Of a stretch of DNA of 64,000 nt, positions 12,387-24,047 are shown piece after piece. Below the pieces are notes generated by a model, which was not told the origin of the DNA, did not search any database, and worked only from the letters and a program-made list of their open reading frames with translations. Both the position numbers and the translations under genes were made by a program. Every line of letters begins with the position of its first letter. The first letter of the stretch is position 1. This DNA is from Mytilus trossulus. Lineage: Eukaryota. The DNA lies in the NCBI RefSeq assembly GCF_036588685.1, contig NC_086380.1:27590001-27654000 (forward strand). The letters run 5' to 3'.

Positions 12387-12773
12387 ATGTTTCCCACTTT
12401 AACAGCTGTATGTCTCTTATTACTATTAAGCGTCACCACGACAAGAAGTTGCATACAATGTGAAGTCAATGGACAGAAATATAGGGGTGATTCCCGCTTT
12501 CAATTTACAGATGACTGTTTGCGTTATAATTGTGTGTGTAACTGTGATGGTAGTTGGAACTGTCCTTTTGCTGATGCAACAAACATTTGTGCTGGATCAA
12601 ACATAAGAAATGGTGGGTCTAATTCAAACTGCAGGAATTGTCGATTTAGAGGACACATGATTACGGGAAACAGCATTTTCGAATATTATACTGGCTGTGA
12701 CCGGTTTGACTGTGACTGCAACTGTGATGGAAATTGGTCTTGTCCGTCAAGCAAGAAACAAAACATTTGCTGA
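12387..12773 (+). CDS. Secreted cysteine-rich protein B (two 8-Cys modules, contains RGD), 128 aa
   Basis: Paralog of gene A with the same Cys spacing, acceptor TTTTAG directly before the ATG, and AATAAA at ~12810. Confidence 0.92.
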   Translation: MFPTLTAVCLLLLLSVTTTRSCIQCEVNGQKYRGDSRFQFTDDCLRYNCVCNCDGSWNCPFADATNICAGSNIRNGGSNSNCRNCRFRGHMITGNSIFEYYTGCDRFDCDCNCDGNWSCPSSKKQNIC

Positions 12774-14479
12774 AAAATTTACACTTTGTCATGTAATCGC
12801 ATTTGATTCAATAAATTATAGTTTAAGTTAAAGATTGATCTTGAATGTTTTTTAATGTTGTTTTTTTTTTCGTTATGCAAAATATTTCAAAATAGTGATA
12901 AGATTGACTGGTATAGAAACATGATTACAACACTTTGTAAATTTGTCAAAAGAGCTTTTCTGGAACAACAACATTCTTCCGAAAAACAATATTTGAACCT
13001 AAAGGTAAGTAAGAATAAAACAAAGTTCTGGAGCTACATGACCGAAAATGTTCAAGAAAATAGAGCTAAATCTATTTGCAGATCAACTAAGACAGAGAGG
13101 TCTGCAACTTTTGTTTCGTAAAAAGCTCACAACTTATAAAAAGATAATTATAGAATGATTTGGCTGAAGTACTGTTCCGATGGTATCCTCAGGTACTGAT
13201 TGTCTACTACCACCGATATTTTAATATAACTTTATAACTTTATTTTGGTTTTTATTGGTAAGGTCTTTCGATAGTTTTCTCGCTTTGATTGATTGAATAT
13301 GTACGTGCAATAAGGAGACAAGAGATACTAAAAAACAGTCATGTTAATAAGACGAAATCAAACTAATAACACGAGTATAAACAGGGCCAAACGACAAACA
13401 ACTGCATACAAAACACAACATAGAGAACAAAAGATTAATCAACCCAAACTGATTTATATAACTGTTTTAATTGAGCAATTTGTATATCCTCTACTTTTTA
13501 GTAGATATGGTAGATATGCGTTTTACCTAAAGTCCTGATAATAAAACACAAAAACTGTTCAAATCGATATATAAATTGGTAAAATAAAAAGGTACAAAAT
13601 GATCATGCAAAACGAAACGAACACATAAAAACAACAAATTGAAATATACTAATGAAATTTTATATAGTATTTTACGTAGTTTTACTTGAATTATAGTAAG
13701 GAACTTCGAGATAGTTGTAAAATTTAGACTATAGACAAATTTTCATATGAGAGTCGATAGTTCTCCACAAAGTAGATTTTTTTTTGTAGAGAAACATTAA
13801 CTCCGCCAAAATATACAGATATACAATAATTTATTTTTGTAAAGCATTTAATTACATCTCAGCGCTACAACTTATACCGATGAGAAATGTATAGCTGTTT
13901 TGAGTGGAAATCTTGCAAATATACATCAGACAGACACACAGTAGAACCTACCGGTCCCAAGCCCGGATAAAAGAGGAGGGAAGTATTTTTTCTTTTAATT
14001 GGCGCAATTGTATATTTTATTTTTGGCGCATATGAAACTATTTAACAGGTGGCACAAACGTAGCATCGAATAAAAAAAACAGTTGTGGCCCAACATGACG
14101 CATTTTTGCACAAACGAATCAAAAGAAGATTTAAACACATCAAAACTTACAGTACTAAATAATGAAATATATAGGTCAAGTAAAAAATCTTTCTCACGAG
14201 TCATAAATAAGTAGTATACCGTTGTTCGAAATTCATAAATCGATAGAGAAAAAAAAAATCCGAGTTAAAAACTAAGACTAAGTGAAACGCATCAAATGTA
14301 TACATCATAACTAATGATTAAACTAAAGTGGTGATAAAATACAGAAAAAAAACGGATAAAATACAAAAACAAACTTGGTGTATTCGAATAACAACTTTTA
14401 CTAAAAGTACTTGACGACAGATTAAGAAAATTGATCTTAAAAATGCACAACTTCGAAAAAGATTCATTTTCTGTGTGTA

Positions 14480-14706
14480 CTATATAGGGTTATAAGTCTT
14501 CTGTCCTATTCAAGATATAACGAACATATGGTATGGGTCTAAGTGTAGCCCTATTCGATTAAGATAACAAAAAATACACGGGAAACAGTTGTTTCAACTA
14601 CAACAGTGGCTGTTAGCAGTCAGATAAGTGTGACTGCAACTGTTATGGAATATGGAATTGTCCGTGTAGCGGGACATGGAGGATTTGCAAAAATAAACTG
14701 TTTTGA
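14480..14706 (+). pseudogene. Degraded fourth copy of the Cys-rich gene family
   Basis: Reads CPIQDITNIW (cf. CPFADATNIC) and then KYTGNSCFNYNSGC*QSDKCDCNCYGIWNCPCSGTWRIC. In-frame stop, most of module 1 and the signal peptide missing. The 3' flank is homologous to the gene A 3' flank. Confidence 0.8.
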
Positions 14707-15707
14707 AATACCACTGCTAGTAAACAGTAAGTACCCGAGGGTATCACCGGTGCAGCACCTTAGTACCCACATAATCTATAACAAGCCATTCTATAATTGT
14801 CTGTAAAAGTCTGCTTATTTTATGTTTATTCAGAAACAACAGTTTCAAACCTCACCGGTATAGTTGAACTTAAAATAGATGTAATTACTATTTTAGGTCC
14901 TGATTTATCATATAACTCCTCAACTTATTTGATTCGTTTCCTCCTTGGGTTTCAAAAATGGTTCATTTTCGTGGGTATACATTTTTCTTGGATTGCGGAA
15001 CTTTCGTCGATACTTGATTTCGTGGTTTTGCTAAAACTTGCAAACAAGCTTATAGAAAATTTGAAATTTGTTGAACATCTAAAATAATTCTTCATAAAAT
15101 AGAAGAACTGGTTTCCCACTAATGATATTGAATCCAAAGTATTCGGCTTTGAGCTTCAGGGGAGATGAAAGATCAAGAAAAGGTCATCGGATGCATGAAA
15201 TATATAAAGTGTTGTTATCATTTTACTACACCAGTCGATACTATCAAGCTGTTTGTTTTTTTATTTTTTCAATTTGTTTTTGTTACATTTGGTTTAATTA
15301 GTTTAAGGTATTGTATTGGTTGCTCTTCTGATGGTACCATTTCGAAATGTACTGTTATATCAATTGGTATGTTACTTGGTGTTTGTTTTGTTGCACTTTT
15401 GTGTTTCTGTTGCTCCGTTGTTTTCCTCTTTTTGTTGATGTTTTTCCCTCGGTTTTGGTTTTAACCCGAATTTGTTTTCTTTCAATTAAACTGCGACTTT
15501 TGAACATCAGCATGACACTATTGCCTTTATTTGTACCTTTTATCTATAATTTATGATACGTTAGATTCTTAGTTATATTTTTAAACAGATTAAGATTTTT
15601 TTAAATTATAATGTTGTTGTTGTTGTGTATAAAATATATTGCCTCTTATTATTTATAAAATGCCACATAACAAGTGTTCAAATCAATAATTCAAGTAACT
15701 GTTCATA

Positions 15708-17005
15708 ATTAGGTCTGTCAACTTTTCTGTGGAAAGACCTATTGTATTTCTCCTGATTATTGTTTTTTTTTCCGCCAAGTTTAGAAATTTTTGTTTCGCA
15801 ATATGTCGCTTAAATATTTAGTTTATTGTACCGTAGAGTTTAAACGCTTTTAAATTTCACCCTGTTAAGCCAAACCATTTTCTTTGTAAGAGTTATCTCC
15901 CTATTCACTGTTTATCAAATGTGTGAATCTCCTTCGTAACAAAAAAAGATATCTACAAAATTCTTTATACAATTTGTTTGTTACATCCTCGGGAATGTTT
16001 TGCTAATTTGGATCGAAGCGATTCAATGAAATTTTATAGAAGTTATCTACCTTTATGAAACAAATGTGTCAGTGTGGTTTTTTTAAATCACAAACCGCGT
16101 TTTCTCAGGCACTTTGAAAAATACAGATAAAGGAAAAATTGCAAAATATTTGCTTTATTGTAATGTAGATATGCTACGTTTAGTCTGATACAATTTAATG
16201 GTATCTTATAGGAGTTTGTGCCCCTGAAATGTATTATTATTCGGTTATTTGAATTTAACTTCAACTAAGTTTATTATAAAGCCATTTGACATTGTACCAA
16301 AGTTTAGGAGACATATGACCTTAAAAAATGACTATCGGAAGTGACCTTGACAAAATCAAAATAGTTTGTTTTGCACTTTTTTAAATATAACAGTACTCAG
16401 AATCCATATATGTTGTCATAAAGATACAGAAACTTATCAATCAAGACTAGCAATATCTTTCGACAAACCGGGAGTGGCCAATTATCTCCCGTTGTAAACA
16501 CAAATGTATATAAAAACTTTATATTATTGAAATCAGTGTGACAAAAGCTATCATATGAGACCGGAAATGACATTCATTTCACCGGAAGTAGCATATAAGC
16601 TCGCTCATAGCACTCAAAAGTATATCGAAACCATATATGTATCGAATCAGTAGACAGTTTCTGTTTTTGTTTCAAAATTTATTTGATGTGAAAAGACCTT
16701 CAATTGTTCTTTGATCAATTGGTTTTTAATCTATTGTTATTTTTTCCTTCCGCTTTTTTGTTCTTGCGATAAATATTTGTTTCGCAATATGTGCTGAGAT
16801 GGTATATGATATCAAACAGTTTATGCGCCTTTCAATTTTACCCTGCGTAACCGAAAACTTTTCTTTGTAGGAGTTATCTCCCCGAACACTGTTTTCCTAG
16901 TGTCTACTTTTCCTTTGCAACCGTAAAGTATATCGAAACCATATATGTATCGAATCAGTATACAGTAACTAGCTTCTTTTAAAAATTTCTTCAATTGTTC
17001 TCTGT
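15708..17005. mobile_element. Helentron/DINE-like non-autonomous element with partial tandem duplication
   Basis: 5' short inverted repeat AGGTCT...GGAAAGACCT; 3' AAAGACCTT followed by hairpin CAATTGTTCTTTGATCAATTG. 16730-17005 repeats parts of 15750-15910 and 16615-16720. Confidence 0.45.
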
Positions 17006-19329
17006 TTGTTTTATAAATACCTCCATCTCTTCCTTTGTTATCTTTTGCCTCCTGTCTTCCTAATCTACACATAGCATCGTTTTTAAATCATTGAACAAAT
17101 TACCTATCAATTCATCGTTTTATCATAGAATTAACACAAAAGTGATTTCACTATTGATTGCACTATATAAATATAAAAATCCCATATCTTTTATATTACT
17201 TAATGTGAAATGAAAATATACGATGAAGAAATACTATACCGAAAACAAAGTTAGATGAAGATATAGGACAATGAAGCCAAATAACCGAAAATTACATTCA
17301 CTGTTTTACCATGTTAATAAATTGTATATTTGAAATCATATTTAACATGTTTACTATACCATGGATACATTTATAATCAATTACTATGTTATTAACGGAC
17401 CTATTACATATTGCGCTTAAATGGCAATGAGAACACGATGCTCTCATTATTCGTAATTTATCAATTAAGTTACAATCGTAGTAATGATCAGTTTCCATTT
17501 ATCATCCAATCTTCATTTAGAGAAGAGATTAATTAGTATTTTACATGTTTACTACATATGTTTCATGTGCTATTGAATATAATATAAAGACAACAGTAGT
17601 ATACTGATGTTCGAAATTCATAAATCGACGAGAAAAAAAAACCAAATACGGGTTACAAACTAAATCTGAAGGAAATTTATCGAATATAAGAGAACAATGA
17701 CACAACAGAATCATTTGTTTTTATCTTTTACTTGAAAAATTGAGTTAAAAAAACAACCAAAACATCTTACAAATAATCTGGAAAAATATGCATTGTACAG
17801 AATAGTAGCAGGAAAGTAAAAGGTGATATATATTTTAAAGTGTGAAAGTCGTCAGGAAGTATTAAATAAAAAACGGACTGGAGGGAGTTTTTTTTACCCA
17901 TATTGACAGCTGCAGTTCTATCTTAAAGACCACACTAAAGTGGGATATGGTTTTGTGATGCATTCGAGTTTTCTAAGTAAATTGTAGATCATGAAATGGG
18001 ATGTCATTTTTATCCATTTCTTTTCAATACATATTCATTGCGGAGAAACAGATAGTTTTTTGAACAGGTTTTAACGAGCAGTTAAGGATTATTGTATTTC
18101 TTCTCATTTGAATGACACTGCATTGTTACAACAGCGAGAGAACTAAGACAGAACTGAAAATTATACTCCATCTCCATTGTTAATCCAACAATCCTATTAT
18201 AAAAGAGGACCGATAGATATCAGAGGAACAGTCAGACTCATAAATCTAAAATATACTGACAACGCCATGGCTAAAAATGAAAAAGACAATAAGTTAAACA
18301 ACAATACTCATGACACAACATAGGAAACTAGAAAACTAAAGAGTAAGCAACACGAACCCCACTTTATTCTATAAACACATGATAAAGTACGTGATTGTTA
18401 TTCTATAAAAATTTAAAAAGTGAGTTATTTGAATATTTGATAAAGAAAAGAGTATATGTATATATAGATATAATAAAAAAATAAATGATAAGTTTTGCAT
18501 TATGAACTTCATCTCAGATATTGTACATCTATTGTGGCAATACATTAACAAAATTTCTTTTTTATTTGTTTCGAAAATTAAAAAGTGCGTCCACAACGAT
18601 GTTTTGTAATTCAGTCTAATAAACAGAGGACAAATTTGTGTATGTCTTAATCCACAACACATGACAGGTATCGTACTAATAAGTTGTGCAAGTAAACTAT
18701 GTAAATTCTATTCATACTTAATATCGTCCAGGTTGATTCTTCAAAAGAAACACCTGTCGATCTAAAAACAAATGAACTCAACATACATGACATAGTTAAA
18801 TAAGTATTGATATCCATATTGATAAGATTTTAGTAAGTTTTTCTAAATGGATTGAATTTTGAATAAATTATCATATTCACCTGCAGAAAAAGTATATTCA
18901 CCGCGCAAACCGTCGCGTGCTTTTACTAGCATAATTTTAGTAAAAAAAAAAATGATATACAATTGATTCTGGTAAATAATTGCAATCACATTCTTTTTTT
19001 TTCGGAATATGGAATACAACTATTACTGTCTTTAATTTCTGTATGTTTTTTCGGTTAATATTTGGTTTAAATGACTTTTTAAGAGAATATCAGTTTTTCA
19101 AAAGTTCAATAAAAATTATATAAGCCTTATGAAAAGACAATAGTTGTATTAAATTCATCTGTAACCAATGAAAGTGAATACTGAAATAGAGTATATTGAA
19201 TAAATAGAGTAATCTTCCAAATTGTTTTATAATCTGACGACAAATGTGCCTTTTTTAAAGGCATGTTGCTAAGATACATTTAATAAGGTGATTCATCCTG
19301 ACATTACTTCTTATCATTATCACAGTTAA

Positions 19330-20294
19330 GGGCATATCCAACAGTTTATTTCTGACGGTGAGAATTTTTTCCTGGTATCTATGATGAGTTAATTCACTAT
19401 ATGAAACTGATAATTTGATTGCTCCCGTGCTCCAGTGGCAAATATATCACGCATATTTACGACGAAGCGAAAGTGGATCTGAAGTAAATCATTGATGCAT
19501 TATTATGATAAAGAGTTTGCTAGTGGTAAAACGTATGCCGTACTAGAATAAAGTTGCAAAATTATATTTGTATTTGTTTCCTCATACACCTTGAATACCA
19601 AAATCGTCAGATATTTTCTACTTGTATGTCAGTGTATATATTACAATGTTTTCCTATTTCATTTTTTTTTTTAATTATAACCGTGTCATCTTTTGTTTGA
19701 CATTGTTTTACGAGTTAAAGGTGGTATTCATTTAAAAAGCTACTGTACATTAATAGCACTTCAACGCAAAGCGTGATGAATGTTAGTTTACGCCGTATTT
19801 TATTTTTTCTCAAGAAACCTTTTTTTTTCATCTTTCAAGTAAAACCAAACTGTGGGTTTTCTATTTTGAATGTCAAAATCTCGGAAAAGTTTGGTAAATA
19901 ACAATTTGCATTCTAATGAAATAATAAATCATTATGCATTTGTTCCCGTAGTTCCTTACTGCATACATGTATTGACGATAATTTCAATAAAACGGAAACT
20001 TAAGTGAGTATGGTCTATAATGATCAAGATAATTGTATTTCTTTTATGATAGACTAAGAGGACAAAGATATCTTTAAAGATTTGAGTTCTAATTTCTGTT
20101 AATATTCTGTATGAGTTTTTTGCCGATTCGCGCCGTGCTCTTTCCTTTGATGAAAGAACCCTCCCTTTCCAGAAGGCCATAACAATTCCAATGGTGATTC
20201 CGTTATGACGTCGTTGAAACAACGTTAAATTACGGGAAACAATAGACGACGTTTACGTTTGTTATTACCTCCCCTGAAACTGTTGGATATGCCC
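19330..20294. mobile_element. Non-autonomous TIR element with TTAA TSD (Kolobok-like)
   Basis: Perfect 18-bp TIR GGGCATATCCAACAGTTT / AAACTGTTGGATATGCCC, flanked by TTAA on both sides. Confidence 0.7.
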
Positions 20295-21171
20295 TTAACT
20301 TCGAAGAAGCTAGCATGCCCTCTACTACGCTACATTCATAGTATAGTGAAGCGACGTCACCACTGTTTCGGAATTTGACGTCTCACATGTTTATAAAGAT
20401 GATGATTCAATCGCTCAAACCAATAAGTACATATACCAAGTTTTTTACTGTGTAAACGGAATATTTTCCTCTTATTTGTACGAGATAATAATTATAGCGT
20501 CACTGGTTTCTTTCCTATCCTAGTCTTTTACAAATCAATATTTTTTAAGAAATATTAAAATATCTTTTCTTTCTATTCATGCTATTGTAACAGATGTGCA
20601 TTCTATAGAAGTTAGAACACGTAAAAAAAGGCTTATGTCTTGCATTTTCTTCTATGTTTCGTTTTACTTATTTACTTTTTTTGCATGACATTAAGGAATT
20701 AGGCATTTGTTTTTTTATTGTTTCTTATGTCGATATTGCTTAATTTCTTATCCCCTCATCCTCCCTTTGAATATGCCTTGTTGTTTATTATTTTTGTTTT
20801 ACTTTTTGTCAGTAAATTGAGCTGAAGCAGTTAAGAATATTGGTCTTTTATTTGGGGTTGTCTCAATAATGCCACGTCTTCTTTTGTATCTAAACAAATT
20901 TAGTTAAAAAAGATGCAGCAAGTTTTTCCGAATAGCAACAGTTCATGCATATGTCAAAAGCGTGTTGATAATGAAACAAGATTATTCTGCTATAATTAGT
21001 ATTACGTGCACCGGTCTGCATTTCATTATGTTCTTGACAAACAAATAAAACATTATAGTACTGTAATTGTTGTATTTTGAACAACCTCTCAATCAATAAT
21101 AACACAGCATTTACCCTTTATTACTTTTGTAGTTATATCTATTTTGCAAATACCAGTTCATAAAAGATTTG

Positions 21172-21245
21172 TATTTAAACATAAAAAATCAAGTCTAGTA
21201 GCATAGCTTTTGACACAGTTGTACTCAACACAGCAGACATGCAAT
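21172..21245 (+). promoter_or_regulatory. TATA box and putative non-coding exon 1 of Cys-rich gene C (weakened donor)
   Basis: TATTTAAA at 21172-21179. Aligns with gene B exon 1, but the donor reads CAAT|GTTATT. Confidence 0.5.
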
Positions 21246-23663
21246 GTTATTTACTGTCATCAATTTTCATTGGTTTTGGGTCATAAACGACTTCTTATAA
21301 AGACTTACACCTTTGTGAAGAGGGCTTACAACTTTGCCTGTTGCCCAATCTAATTCAATTTATTTGAATAAAATATTGTTTAAAATTAAACTAAACTTAC
21401 AATGTACATATTGCAAAAGAAAGTAATCGAATATATACATAATCTAAGCAATGTAGTAGTACAGTTGTTATCACTTATTCTAAACTGGAATTCCGTCCTT
21501 GGATTTTTAACATCAATATTGTTTGGGCAATTGCTTGACTTGAATCAGAAAAACATGCCTCTAAAACATTTTGTTTATTTGCTCATCACTGTTGAAACTT
21601 TTACAGACAAAACACCTGTTTACACACTTCAATCCTGGTATATATGATGAGTTTAATTATACGTAAAGGTGGATCATATGTATTCATTTCCTCAGATGAA
21701 ACTCTGCCGAAATAAAGATTGTAAATTTGTTTTCAAACAAATGATAACATGTGTAGGTTACCGTTCTATTGTTTAAACTAAACGTCGTGCAAAATTAGCA
21801 TTTCGCATATATTGTAAATGGTAAATCAAACTTTTGTGAATGAGTAGAAATATTTGAGATAGAATTTTACAATAAAAAACAGGAAGATCGGTGTTTAAAT
21901 ATGATTATTGAAAAAAAACCGGAGTAAACGAAAATTGTTCGCCTACTACAAGTTAGTTAAATAATGAAAACTTCACCATCAGTCAAGTATACAAATTGTA
22001 CTCTGAGTTTTATCTCCCATGATTGACCAAGTTGATACTATAAATACAAGACCAAACGGGAGTCTCCTGATTATAAAGGGCACATTTATTACCTGAATAA
22101 TGACGTAAAAGGTTCAGACGTAAACATTACATGTGTTTATAGCAAATTCGAAATGTTGTTCTTTCTGCACCCTCCCTTTCTTTGATTCAGTAAGCAATGC
22201 TTATTCGCTATGTAAACTACATCTTGACCTTAAATTCATAGACCAATGCCCTTAAATTGCAAGCTAATATGTGCTAAATGCTTGTTAAGAGACACACAGA
22301 AATTCGAATCATAAAACAATTCGGAGAAATTTCGTTGATTTCGTAATACGGATTCCTATACTTAAGAATATGGATAATAATACTTCTTATAGTCGTTGTT
22401 TGCACCTATCGTCGCCGGCAGCTTGTTCGTTGTTATTCTAATTCAGTTAATCAACTATAGAAATGATATCAAAGATTTACATTTAACCATTTCATGCATC
22501 ATTTATGGGAATTATCTTTACTAATCTGTTCGTCTGTTCGTCCCGCTTCAGGTTAAAGTTTTTTGGTCAAGAAAGTGTTTGATGAATTTGAAGTCCAGTT
22601 AACTTGAAACTTATAACACGTGTTCCATGTGACCTTTCTCATTTTGACTCCAATTTCACGGTCCACTGAACGTATAAACCGAGAGTGCAACTAGGGTATC
22701 TGTGTACTATGAATTAATTATTATTCTTTGACATTTCAAGGGTCACAATTATGTTTTTCAAAATTATGATCTTTATCAGTGGTGTCTTTATATTGTTTTT
22801 TTTATGTAACAATCAATGTGTACAAACAATACTATATGTTTTAATACTTTTTCATTTCTGACTATGTTTTTTTCGTAAGTCATTGCTGTCAATGCTGGGG
22901 CACTAACAAACATGCAATTCAATCAAATGTTGGGATTTAAAAAAAATCAGCACCAAGCTGTCAATGAATAAAGAAAAGAATAATCAAAAAGTATTTACCT
23001 AAATAAAGGCAATCAAAACATTCATTTTGACTGCAGTGTAGACTGCGAATAAATTATAAAAACAATCTGTCAAATTGATGCACATCATAAAAGGCATGCG
23101 CAAGTTTATAAGTATACAACTTTCCGTTTTCACTCTGTATCTAATTAGACAATATACGTATAGTGTCTTGAAATATGAAATTTATTCGTATGAGGCTTAG
23201 AAACGGGAAAATGCGAGGTTCTATCGAGGTACCATTTTGGGGGATTTCCCTATGAACGTAGTCCAGGCGGTAAGACATTGAGATATTAAGGAATTAAAAA
23301 GGAAATTAACTTAATTAATAACATTTGATAAACATGGTATATAAATAACCATTTTGAAGACATAAAAGTTTAAATTCATAAAAGTTTGATCATTGTTACT
23401 TTAAGTTATCATGGTCGTAACGTGACGTTGTTGATGAAATACAGTAGTTCCGGTAAGGAGGCGGGACTTGTAGGTTAGTTGAGGTCATTGACGTATAAAG
23501 CTAACGTTTATACGAATAGCTTTATCTGTATAGTAGAATAGCTGATTGCAGTATAATTTCTTTTTTTCTTACTTTTTATAATATTATTAAACACCTATGC
23601 ATACATATTACAAGAGTTATCATACAATGATATTAAATGTAAATATAACAAATTTTGTTGCAG

Positions 23664-24047
23664 ATGGTTCACACCTTTACTGTTGTATTTCTTTTAATGC
23701 TGATAAGCGGCGTCACCGCTACAACCAGATGCAGACAATGTCAAGCCAACGGACAGAGATATAGGGGACATTCTCGATTCCAGATAACAGAAGGCTGTTT
23801 ACGTTATAATTGCATCTGTAACTGTGATGAAGGATGGGATTGTCCTCCCCAGCGTCCAACAAACGTGTGTTCTGGGTCAAATTATGGTGGTTCCAAATCG
23901 AACTGCAGAACCTGTGAAAGGGAAGGAAGAAAGTACCAGGGAAACTGTCGTTTCCAATTTACAGATAGCTGCTATCGGTTTAACTGTGACTGCGACTGTG
24001 ATGGAAGTTATAAATGTCCATCAAGCAGGACGCAAAACATTTGTTGA
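23664..24047 (+). CDS. Secreted cysteine-rich protein C (two 8-Cys modules + one extra Cys), 127 aa
   Basis: The true start is the ATG at 23664, after the acceptor TTTTGTTGCAG (the ORF-track start at 23655 is intronic). Same Cys framework as A and B; AATAAA at ~24094. Confidence 0.92.
   Translation: MVHTFTVVFLLMLISGVTATTRCRQCQANGQRYRGHSRFQITEGCLRYNCICNCDEGWDCPPQRPTNVCSGSNYGGSKSNCRTCEREGRKYQGNCRFQFTDSCYRFNCDCDCDGSYKCPSSRTQNIC

Noticed and set aside
12771-12773. TGA after the last Cys in genes B and C as selenocysteine
   Set aside because: It aligns with the protein end in gene A, downstream sequence is not conserved as coding, and no SECIS was recognised.
23655-23663. ORF-track start for gene C
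   Set aside because: TTG start lying within the polypyrimidine tract/acceptor; paralogs start at the ATG after the AG.
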